Source: an uncultured Solirubrobacterales bacterium
GTDB lineage: Bacteria > Actinomycetota > Thermoleophilia > Solirubrobacterales > 70-9
DNA length: 64,000 nt
Assembly: GCA_963842375.1 (NCBI GenBank)
Contig: CAWJGB010000013.1
Coordinates: 170,665-234,664 of the forward strand
Direction of reading: 5' to 3'
Shown: positions 7,336 through 15,391 of the stretch, in pieces
Numbering within the stretch: the first letter of the stretch is position 1
Layout of the letters: every line of letters begins with the position of its first letter
The notes under the pieces: generated by a model
Seen by the model: only the letters and a program-made list of their open reading frames with translations
Databases searched by the model: none
Told to the model about the DNA's origin: nothing
Made by a program: the position numbers and the translations under genes

Positions 7336-8661
7336 ATGACACCGGCCTCCCCCCTTCCCGAGCCGCTGTTCCCGAGCCTCGCAGGACGGCGCGGTGAGAT
7401 CGGGCCCCAGCAGGTCGCGCGCCACCAGCAGGGCCGCCTTCAGGGGGCGATGGTGGAGGCGGTCGCCCGCCATGGTTACGCGACGACGACGGTCGGGGAG
7501 CTGGTGGCTCTGGCGGGGGTATCGAAGAGCACCTTCTACGAGCACTTCGGAGGCAAGCAGGAGTGCTTCCTGGCCACCTTCGATGAGATCGTCACCCAGG
7601 CCAGCGAGCGGGTAGGAGTCGCCTATCGGTCGGAGACGGGATTTCGGGAGCGGCTGAGGGCAGCGATGGAGGCGTTCGTCGAGATCGTCGCCGAGGCGCC
7701 GGCGGCCACAGCGCTCGTGGTCGTCGACTCGCTCAGCCTGGGGGCGGCTGGAGTGGGACCCCGCGAGCGCTCGGTTGAGGCCTTCGAGTTGATGTTCCGC
7801 CAGAGCTTCGCGCAGGCGCCCGAGCGCGGCGAGGTCTCGCAGGTAACGACCCGGGCGATCGTCGCCGGCATCCGGCGGGTCGTCTACCGCTGCCTGCGCG
7901 AAGGTCGGCCCGAAAAGTTCCGCGACCATGCCGAGGAGCTGCTGGAGTGGGCGCTGGCCTATCAACGCCCGGGCGTAGCGCCAGGCTCCGCGGCGACGTC
8001 GATTGCCCTCTCCACCCCCACGAAGACGTCAGCGAAGGAGTCCCAGACGGACGCACCGAGCTGGGATGAGCCCCCTGACAGCCGCCGCAGCCGGGCTGAG
8101 CTGACCCAGCGTGAGCGGATCGTCCGTGCGGCGGCGCTGGTAGCGACGGACAATGGTTATGAGTCGCTCAGCATCCCGGCGATCTCCGCGGCGGCGGGAA
8201 CCTCCAACCAGACCTTCTACGAGCACTTCGCCAGCAAGGAGGAGGCCTTCATCGCCGCCTTCGACGCCCTTGCCGGACAAGCCCTGCGCGCCGGCACCGC
8301 CGCGGCGGCGGCGAGGCGCGGCGACTGGATCGAGTCGGTCGGCGCGGGGATCCGGGGGCTGCTGGAGTTCATCGTAGCCAACCGCCTCTTCGCGCATCTC
8401 GCCATCTTCCAGCTGCCGACCGCGGGGGCAGACGCGCTGGACCACGCCGACGCAACGGCGCGACGCTTTACCTCCTTTCTGGAGCCAGACGCCCTGCCCG
8501 ATGGGCTGGGCGCGCCCGTGCCGGCGGTGGTGATCGAGGCGATCGGCGGCGGGGTGTGGGCGGTGATCCAGCACGAGATCGCGCACGAACGGGTGGCCTC
8601 GCTGCCGCAACTGGCACCACAGATTGCGAGGATCGTGCTGGCACCATTGGGTGCGAGGTAA
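7336..8661 (+). CDS. Single-chain double-TetR transcriptional regulator (D3)
   Basis: Start set to ATG 7336 (MTPASPLPEPLFPSL) by analogy with the paralogues. HTH units TVGELVALAGVSKSTFYEHF and SIPAISAAAGTSNQTFYEHF. Confidence 0.88.
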   Translation: MTPASPLPEPLFPSLAGRRGEIGPQQVARHQQGRLQGAMVEAVARHGYATTTVGELVALAGVSKSTFYEHFGGKQECFLATFDEIVTQASERVGVAYRSETGFRERLRAAMEAFVEIVAEAPAATALVVVDSLSLGAAGVGPRERSVEAFELMFRQSFAQAPERGEVSQVTTRAIVAGIRRVVYRCLREGRPEKFRDHAEELLEWALAYQRPGVAPGSAATSIALSTPTKTSAKESQTDAPSWDEPPDSRRSRAELTQRERIVRAAALVATDNGYESLSIPAISAAAGTSNQTFYEHFASKEEAFIAAFDALAGQALRAGTAAAAARRGDWIESVGAGIRGLLEFIVANRLFAHLAIFQLPTAGADALDHADATARRFTSFLEPDALPDGLGAPVPAVVIEAIGGGVWAVIQHEIAHERVASLPQLAPQIARIVLAPLGAR

Positions 8662-8678
8662 GCCCAGAGCGCCCAGAC

Positions 8679-9329
8679 TCAGGCTTGCGCCAGGCGCGTC
8701 GCCTCCGAGCGCCCTAGGTAAGGGGTGAGGAGGAGCTCGAGGAACTCGGGCTCCAGTGCATGGAGAAGGTCGGCCTCTTCGGCCAAGAGGTGGCCTGAGA
8801 TAAGTGAGGCAATGCCGCCAATCACAGCCTGCTCTGTCGATCGGGGCAGTGTGGCGGCGTCAGGGTAGTGGGCGCGGCCCTCGCGAAGACGAGAGGCGAG
8901 GCGCTCGATCAGGGACAGCTGACGCCCGGTCGCGACCGGGCCGGCAGCAACTACCTCAACCACGAAAACCCTGGCATGGGCCGGCGCGTCGGTGAGGAAG
9001 CCGAGGGCAGCGTCGAGTGCCGCCTTTACCTGGGCCGGCCACTCGCGTTGCACATCGCAAACTTCCATAACGTGGGTCCAGAAACGCTCGAAGAATCTAT
9101 CTTGCGCAGCCAGCAGACTGCGGCGCATGTCGGCGAAGTGCTCGTAGAAGGCGGCCTCCGTCAGGCCCGCGCGGCGAACCACGAACTCAACCGTGAGGGC
9201 GTCGTAGCCGTATTCCGCGGCGGCCTTGGTGATCGCGGCAATCAAGAGATCGCGCTCCCCCGTAGCGCTCGATGTGGACTCGCTGCGGGAATCGATCCGA
9301 GAGGGGCGCTTGGGTTGATCGTCAGACAC
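8679..9329 (-). CDS. TetR-family transcriptional regulator (classical single unit, s2), paralogue of s1
   Basis: Start set to GTG 9329 (VSDDQPKRPSRIDSRSES). This aligns with MADDQPRRASRIGAHSES of s1 and gives the identical 651-nt length. Confidence 0.85.
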   Translation of the reverse strand: MSDDQPKRPSRIDSRSESTSSATGERDLLIAAITKAAAEYGYDALTVEFVVRRAGLTEAAFYEHFADMRRSLLAAQDRFFERFWTHVMEVCDVQREWPAQVKAALDAALGFLTDAPAHARVFVVEVVAAGPVATGRQLSLIERLASRLREGRAHYPDAATLPRSTEQAVIGGIASLISGHLLAEEADLLHALEPEFLELLLTPYLGRSEATRLAQA

Positions 9330-9361
9330 GGCGGGCCAGCTTATGGATGCATGGGAGTTTC

Positions 9362-9377
9362 TGTCAAGCTGAGTACA
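9362..9377 (+). promoter_or_regulatory. TGTCA-N6-GTACA motif copy 6 in the s2/D4 divergent intergenic region
   Basis: tgtcaagctgagtaca, identical to copy 3 and 32 nt from the s2 start. Confidence 0.6.
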
Positions 9378-9458
9378 TGCTGCACAAAGTGTGGTGGCTT
9401 CCCATCTGAGTGCGACGAGCTCGGCCTGACGGGGGCGACGCGGGCTATGGTGGATGGG

Positions 9459-10793
9459 ATGTCGCCAGCGTCGAGGGGCTCTGATAGAAGCCCTGAACCG
9501 ATTTTCCCGGGACTTGCGGGAAGGCCGGGAGGGATTGGGCGTGAGGAGGTCGTCCGCAATCAGCGAGCGAGGCTGGACGGAGCAATGCTGGAGGCGGTGA
9601 GGCGCCACGGCTACCCGGCCGTGACTATTGGCGAGCTGGTGGGGCTGGCCGGGGTCTCCAAGAGCACCTTCTACGAGCACTTTGCCGACAAGCAGGAGTG
9701 CTTCTTCGCTGCTTTCGACGAAGTTATGGCTGCGGTCACCGAGCAGATCGGGCGCGCGTACAGATCAAAGTCCGACTTTCGAGAGCGACTATACGCAGCG
9801 TTCCAGGCATACGTAGAGTTCGTCATCGAAGAACCTGCGGGGACTCATCTGACGCTCGTGGACTCGCTCAGCCTGGGGACTGCGGGGGTGGCCCGGCGGC
9901 GAGAAGCGGCAGAAGCCTTCGAGTTGATGATTCGCCAGAGCTTTGAGCAGACGCCTGAGCGGGGCGATGTCTCCGACCTTACGATTCGAGCGATCGTGGG
10001 CGGCATCCAGCGTGTCGTCTTCCGATGCGTGAGGAGCGGGCAAACCGCGCAGTTGCGCAATAACCTTGAGGACTTAGTCAATTGGGGCCTCTCCTACCAG
10101 CGCCCTGGCGGTGCCGCAGCTTTACAAACACGGGCGGGTGGGTCGACCGCACCGAAGCCCAAGGCCACAGACAGCACAGCCGATGAGGAAGTCTGGGACG
10201 AGCGGCCCGACAGCCTCCGCAGCCGCGCGACGCTGACGCAGCGCGAGCGGATGGTTCGTGCGGCGGCCATAGTGGCTGCCGAAGGTGGCTATGCAAAGCT
10301 CAGCATCCCAGCGATCACGAGCGCTGCGGGAGTCTCCAATCAGACCTTCTATGAGCACTTCACCGGCAAACAGCAGGCGTTTTTGGAGGCCCTCGAAATT
10401 CTTGGTCGGCGCGCCGTGGTCCGAATCGCCGCTGCGACTAAAGCTAAGGAGGCTTGGACTGACTCGGTCGGTGCCGGGCTGGAAGAGCTACTGAAATATT
10501 CTGCCGAATATCCACTGCTTTCCCGGCTCCCGTTCATCGAGGTGCTGGCCGCGGGATCTCCCGGACTTGACCACGTCGATCTGCTGATGGACAGCGTGAC
10601 CGCCTTGATCAATTTCAGCGCTGCCCCCGCGGCGGTGGGCGGACCCCTGTCCGACGTCGTTATTGAGGCGATCGGTGGCGGCATCTACGCGGTGATCCAA
10701 AACGAGGTGGCGGAGGGCCGGACGGAGGCGCTGCCCGGACTCTCGCGGGAGATCACCTTCATTGCGCTAGCGCCGTCGGCATGGCGTAGGTGA
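9459..10793 (+). CDS. Single-chain double-TetR transcriptional regulator (D4)
   Basis: Start at ATG 9459 (MSPASRGSDRSPEPIFPGL) or ATG 9447. The track ORF from 8868 overlaps s2 and is rejected. HTH units TIGELVGLAGVSKSTFYEHF and SIPAITSAAGVSNQTFYEHF. Confidence 0.85.
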   Translation: MSPASRGSDRSPEPIFPGLAGRPGGIGREEVVRNQRARLDGAMLEAVRRHGYPAVTIGELVGLAGVSKSTFYEHFADKQECFFAAFDEVMAAVTEQIGRAYRSKSDFRERLYAAFQAYVEFVIEEPAGTHLTLVDSLSLGTAGVARRREAAEAFELMIRQSFEQTPERGDVSDLTIRAIVGGIQRVVFRCVRSGQTAQLRNNLEDLVNWGLSYQRPGGAAALQTRAGGSTAPKPKATDSTADEEVWDERPDSLRSRATLTQRERMVRAAAIVAAEGGYAKLSIPAITSAAGVSNQTFYEHFTGKQQAFLEALEILGRRAVVRIAAATKAKEAWTDSVGAGLEELLKYSAEYPLLSRLPFIEVLAAGSPGLDHVDLLMDSVTALINFSAAPAAVGGPLSDVVIEAIGGGIYAVIQNEVAEGRTEALPGLSREITFIALAPSAWRR

Positions 10794-10848
10794 AATCCAT
10801 CCTCGGCGATAACAAAGGGAGTCATCGCGCCGGCGGATTGGGGCAATC

Positions 10849-12153
10849 GTGACCGGGCCCGAACCGCTTTTCCCGAAGCTGCCGCCGGGCCGAACCGAAA
10901 GAAGTCCGAAGGAAACCGCCCGCCATCAGCGAGCCCGGCTGATGGGCGCGATGGTAGAGGCGGTCTCTCGTAACAGATACCAAGCGACAACGCTGCGCGA
11001 GCTGGTCTCGCTGGCGGGGGTATCAAACTCGACCTTCTATGAGCACTTCGACTCAAAGCAGGACTGTTTCCTGGCGACTTTTGATGAGATCGTCGCGTTG
11101 GCGAGCGAGCGGATCGAACGCGCCTATAGAGCAGAGTCCGCTCTTCGGGAGCGGCTGCGCGCAGCCTTCGATGAGTTGATGGACATCTTGGCTGAAGAGC
11201 CCGCGGCGACGCATCTGGTGATCGTAGACTCACTCAGCCTGGGTGCAGCGGGGGTGATCCGCCGCCAGCGCATGGCAGAGAAATTCGAGCTGATGTTCCG
11301 CCAGAGCTTTGAGCAGGCGCCTGAGCGCGGTGAAGTCTCCGATCTGACGATCCGAGCAATCGTCGGCGGCATACGAAGTGTCGTCTACCGCAGCATCCGG
11401 GGAGGAGAAACCGGCGAATTACGCAAGCACGTCGGCGAGCTACTCGACTGGGGTCTTTCCTACCAGCGCCGAGGTGGTGCGAGCGCTTCGCGATTGCCGA
11501 CCACAGCGTTCAAGCCGACATTGACAGCCACCGAAGGATCGGACGATGAGCCAGGGTGGGACGAGCCCCCCGACAGCCCTCGCAGCCGCTCGAAGCTGAC
11601 GCAACGCGAGCGGATTGTCCGTGCGGCGGCGAGGGTGGCCGACCAGACGGGCTATGAGTCGCTCAGTATTCCGGCGATCACAAGTGCCGCGGGAGTATCA
11701 AATCAGACCTTCTACCAGTCCTTCCGGAGCAAGCAGGAGGCATTCCTAGCTGCACTCGACATTCTCGGCCCCCGCTCCTGGCCTCAGATCATCGCGGCGA
11801 CTCGAGCTCAGGAGGGCTGGATCGACGCGGTCGGCGCCGGGCTCAGAACGCTCCTGACATCTATCGCAGAAAATCCACTCTTTGCCCGGCTCGCGTTCAT
11901 TGAGGCACTCACAGCAGGGTCCGTCGCGGCGGATCGCGCCATTGGGGGAACTGAAAGAGTCACCGCCCTGTTCAATTTCAGCGCGATTCCCGCCGGCCTG
12001 GGAGCGCGGCCGCCCGACATCGTTGTCGAAGCGATCGGCGGCGGCATCTGGCTGGTGATTCAACACGAGGTAGCGCAAGGGCGGACGGAGTCGCTGCCGG
12101 AGCTGACGCCCGAGATCGCCTACATCCTACTAGCGCCCTTCGGCGCGGTATAG
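10849..12153 (+). CDS. Single-chain double-TetR transcriptional regulator (D5)
   Basis: GTG start. HTH units TLRELVSLAGVSNSTFYEHF and SIPAITSAAGVSNQTFYQSF. It lies only 55 nt after D4 with no motif between them, so the two are probably co-transcribed. Confidence 0.88.
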   Translation: MTGPEPLFPKLPPGRTERSPKETARHQRARLMGAMVEAVSRNRYQATTLRELVSLAGVSNSTFYEHFDSKQDCFLATFDEIVALASERIERAYRAESALRERLRAAFDELMDILAEEPAATHLVIVDSLSLGAAGVIRRQRMAEKFELMFRQSFEQAPERGEVSDLTIRAIVGGIRSVVYRSIRGGETGELRKHVGELLDWGLSYQRRGGASASRLPTTAFKPTLTATEGSDDEPGWDEPPDSPRSRSKLTQRERIVRAAARVADQTGYESLSIPAITSAAGVSNQTFYQSFRSKQEAFLAALDILGPRSWPQIIAATRAQEGWIDAVGAGLRTLLTSIAENPLFARLAFIEALTAGSVAADRAIGGTERVTALFNFSAIPAGLGARPPDIVVEAIGGGIWLVIQHEVAQGRTESLPELTPEIAYILLAPFGAV

Positions 12154-12502
12154 GCCACTCACCGAAGAGCAACGTTCGAGGAAGGTGACGCAAGGATCGA
12201 GAATCAGCGGCTCCCGGCAGCAGCTTTGACAGGAGGGAAGTGTGCCCGGAAAGTCCGCTTGTGGGGGCTCCACATGGCGCTTTGTTGAACTGCCTCTTTT
12301 GGCATGCAAGCGCCCCGAACGCAGAAAGGAAAGAGACCCGCGGCCGGGGGACGCCTGCACTACTCAGCGCCGTCCCAGGGAAAAGACGGCGTTATTGCCA
12401 TTCAAGTCAACCCCTGCCCGACTCTCGCCGATCTGGGGCGACTCTGGATGGACGGTGGGAAGCCGCCACCCGAGGCGGATGATAGGCCGGAGCGAGAGCG
12501 AT

Positions 12503-12540
12503 TGTCAAGGCCTCTACATATAGATGTCAAGGTCGCTACA
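12503..12540 (+). promoter_or_regulatory. Two tandem variant motif copies (TGTCA-N6-CTACA) with no obvious downstream gene
   Basis: tgtcaaggcctctaca at 12503-12518 and tgtcaaggtcgctaca at 12525-12540, read directly. Confidence 0.45.
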
Positions 12541-13119
12541 GATTCCCTTTCACAACCCTGCTCGGCGGTCCAGCCGCTCGATTGCCGGGGTGGCCCGCAC
12601 CTGGGCGTGCGCGCCTCCGTGACTTTGCAGGTGGGTGCGCCCTGCGGAAGCCGATGTCGTGATGCGGATGGACTTGTCGGCTTCGCTTGGCCGACCCCGC
12701 GGCTGCTGGGTCCGGGGATTGGGAATATCGGCGGAAGATCGATTGTTCGATGGCGGGTGAGAGCAGGCGTTCATCTTGTGCTCGGGTAGGTGGGCGGCTA
12801 CGGCCAATACCGCGAAGATCCCCATCAGGACACCGAGAACCAGCGGGCCCATCATTATCAGTTGCGACCGAATGGTCGGCCGGCTCGGTTGAGGTGACAC
12901 AGCGTCTCCCTTGTCGATGCGCCCGTGCCCGGGCTGTGGTGTAGGTCGCGCGAGCGACCCTCTCATCCCCAAGACGCAGAAAGGACGTGGATCGATACCC
13001 CGCTAAACCGGCGAGGGGGATCCTCACCCCAGACCTCAGGTGGAGCCCCCTCCACCTGCGGCGCCAGGCACTCGTCGATGATGGTGGCGACTTCGACGCG
13101 GCGCTCGGGGAACCGACCT

Positions 13120-13435
13120 TCAGAGGCCGAGGAGAACAACGAGGGCCTCGTCGACGGCGCGCAGCTCGGCGGCCCCGAGGCGGCCGGCGAAGTCCTTCGA
13201 GCCGTTCGATGTCGAGCGCGCGCAACTGCTCGACCATCACGCGCGTTCGCTCCCCGGCGAGTACCACCTCGGGGCGGAAGGTGGCTGGCCGTACGCTGCG
13301 TGAGGTGGGCGCGACCAGCACTGTGGAGAGCCCGAGCAGCTCGTCGGTCTGCACGAGCACGGCATAACGGGGGCCGAACTGGTCGCGACCGCGACGCGAC
13401 GGCAGCCGCACGCGGTAGACATCGCCGCGTGTCAA
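13120..13435 (-). pseudogene. mazF: MazF/PemK-family toxin with an apparent +1 frameshift
   Basis: TTG start at 13435. The N-terminal 80 aa, MTRGDVYRVRLP...GPRYAVLVQTD...VLVAPTS...VEQLRALDIERLE, is typical PemK/MazF. The expected C-terminus DFAGRLGAAELRAVDEALVVLLGL-stop is in the next frame and ends at 13120. The span is 316 nt, which is 3n+1. The track ORF running on to 12536 is read-through. Confidence 0.8.
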
Positions 13436-13680
13436 TCTGGCCAGTCAGCGGCGATCGCGTCCATGTCGGCCATAACGCGGGCGACCGCCGCGCGGTCGGC
13501 GGGGTCGGCCGCCAAGCGCTGCACCTCCTCGGCGAGTGCGGAGCGGCTTCGGCGCCTAGCAGCCGCCTCGCGGAGTGCAGTGCGCACGGCCTCGGAGTCG
13601 CTGATTGCGCCACTGCCACGGACGATGTTGAGGGCGGCGACGGAGCTGTCGTCGAGGCGGACGTGGAGGGAGCGGGGCAT
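13432..13680 (-). CDS. Ribbon-helix-helix type antitoxin partner of MazF
   Basis: Start set to ATG 13680 (MPRSLHVRLDDSSVAALNIV...). 82 aa. Its TGA stop overlaps the TTG start of mazF (ttga). Confidence 0.75.
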   Translation of the reverse strand: MPRSLHVRLDDSSVAALNIVRGSGAISDSEAVRTALREAAARRRSRSALAEEVQRLAADPADRAAVARVMADMDAIAADWPD

Positions 13681-13690
13681 GGGAAGTAGC

Positions 13691-13709
13691 GTAGCATGAA
13701 ATGTGCTAC
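13691..13709. promoter_or_regulatory. Palindrome GTAGCA-N7-TGCTAC just upstream of the antitoxin gene (candidate autoregulatory operator)
   Basis: Read directly, 11 nt upstream of the 13680 start and preceded by the direct repeat gtagcgtagc. Confidence 0.4.
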
Positions 13710-14034
13710 ACATGACCATGACATGCGCCGCAAGCGGCGCTGCCTGTAGGGGAAGTTCGCAGCGGCGTCATCTCCACAACTCGCGTGCCAGGCATCCGTC
13801 GAAGTGCGGGGAGAGGTCGACTTCGGTGGGCGAGGCACGCTCGGGCAGGGGGCGGGACGAATCGTTGGACAGAGGGCCATCGCCGGGATAAGGATTGGAG
13901 GTGGGATTTGACCCCCAGGTCCTTTTGGCCGTGCGGGAGCTCGTCAATTCGGCCGAGCCCTGAATCCCACGCGAGCGAACGGGGCGGGGCTAGGCTGGGG
14001 CCGACTCTTATCTGTGTCACGACAGGAGGGAACG

Positions 14035-14628
14035 ATGCTCAAAGGACTCCGCCGCCCCTCGCCGGCGCTGCTCGTCTCGCTGATCGCCCTGTTCGCGGCG
14101 CTGGCAGGGACCGTCTACGCCGCCAGCAAGATCAACGGCAAGACAATCAAGGTGAAGTCGATCCCAGGCAACCGGCTGACACCGGGCTCGCTGCCGGGCA
14201 ACCGCCTGAAGGCGAACTCTGTGACCGGATCGCAGGTCGACGAGTCGACGCTGGGCCAGGTGCCGAGCGCCAACAACGCCCAGAACGCGATTGCGGTCGA
14301 CGGCCACACCGCCGGCTGCCCGGCGGGGACGAAGCCATTCGCCGGCGCCTGCTGGGAGACGACGGCGCGCGGCGCGGCGAGCGAGCCTTCCGCGGCCCAG
14401 GCGTGCACCGAAGCCGGCGGTCAGCTGCCCGACGCGCTCAGCCTGCGTTCCTTCGCGCTGACGCCGGGGGTCACACTCGACGCCGGTGGTGAGTGGTCGA
14501 ACAGCATCAACGAAGTCACCGGCGAAAACGCATACACCGGCGTCACCGTCTCCCCCACCGGAGCCGTCAACCTCGACAATCAGACCGACGCTAAGAAATT
14601 CCGCTGCGTGCTGCCGCTCCTTCGCTGA
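14035..14628 (+). CDS. Secreted or anchored hypothetical protein sharing the N-terminal anchor type of the collagen-like proteins
   Basis: ATG 14035 with aggaggg 7 nt upstream. Anchor PALLVSLIALFAALAGTVYAASK. Repeated PGNRL segments. C-terminal domain contains four Cys. Confidence 0.75.
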   Translation: MLKGLRRPSPALLVSLIALFAALAGTVYAASKINGKTIKVKSIPGNRLTPGSLPGNRLKANSVTGSQVDESTLGQVPSANNAQNAIAVDGHTAGCPAGTKPFAGACWETTARGAASEPSAAQACTEAGGQLPDALSLRSFALTPGVTLDAGGEWSNSINEVTGENAYTGVTVSPTGAVNLDNQTDAKKFRCVLPLLR

Positions 14629-14705
14629 GCGCCGTTGCCCGATATGCAGAATAGCCTCAACGGTCGCCGGGATCGAGGAGCCCAGGAATAGGATGGCGAG
14701 GCCCG

Positions 14706-14831
14706 ATGACGACCCTTGCCGCCATCACCGTCGGCGAAATCGTCGAGATCGTCCTGATCATCGGATTCACCACCCTGTTCACGATCAACCGCGTTCGCCG
14801 CTTCAAAGCCTTGCGCCGTCGCAGGCGCTGA
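14706..14831 (+). CDS. Possible 41-aa single-pass membrane peptide (below the ORF-track cutoff)
   Basis: My translation: MTTLAAITVGEIVEIVLIIGFTTLFTINRVRRFKALRRRRR-stop. Hydrophobic helix followed by a basic tail, with mostly G/C third positions. Confidence 0.3.
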   Translation: MTTLAAITVGEIVEIVLIIGFTTLFTINRVRRFKALRRRRR

Positions 14832-14959
14832 CCATCGCGAGTCAGCCCGAGCCTGCCCCGACCGCGTGGCCACAGTGACGGCTGCGCGGTCGGGCAAGGT
14901 TCTCCCGGACATGAAGGCATGTTCGAATCCGGGCCACCTGACCAAAGCTGACCAGTCCG

Positions 14960-15175
14960 TCAAGGCCGCGTGAACAGGTCCCAGTTCCGGGTCCGACCGT
15001 CGCGCGGTCGAGACATGTACTCGGTTGCCGAGCTGCGGCCGACTCTCTCCTGTAAGGAGGCGAAGGCGGCGTCGCGGGTGAGCCCCTTGCGGTGCCCGAA
15101 TGCTTTCCACTTACCCTGCGCATCGCGGTAGCGAAAGTCGAAGATCACCGCCTCGACCGTAGACGATGTCGGCAT
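14960..15175 (-). CDS. Small hypothetical ORF; the N-terminal half faintly resembles an integrase arm-type DNA-binding segment
   Basis: MPTSSTVEAVIFDFRYRDAQGKWKAFGHRKGLTRDAAFASLQE... No supporting downstream domain was found. Confidence 0.2.
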   Translation of the reverse strand: MPTSSTVEAVIFDFRYRDAQGKWKAFGHRKGLTRDAAFASLQERVGRSSATEYMSRPRDGRTRNWDLFTRP

Positions 15176-15391
15176 CCCTCGCGCAATCGGCGCTCACGCG
15201 TGCCAGGGACTATTCGGGCGTAGGCTTCCGACATCGTCTCCGTATCCGCTTCGACTTCATTCGGCGCTGGAGCCAGACGGCGGCAGCGGGAGATGACTCC
15301 AGAGGCTTGGCGTAGGGCAGCCCTTGCATCACCGGATATCCTTGGCGCAGACCGGCGCCGTGGGCGCGCCAGGCAAACGGAGGGGATGGGC

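Noticed and set aside
12536-13435. 299-aa ORF taken as one protein.
   Set aside because: Only the first 80 or so residues are MazF-like. The remainder is Arg-rich read-through, and the true MazF C-terminus is found in the +1 frame ending at 13120.
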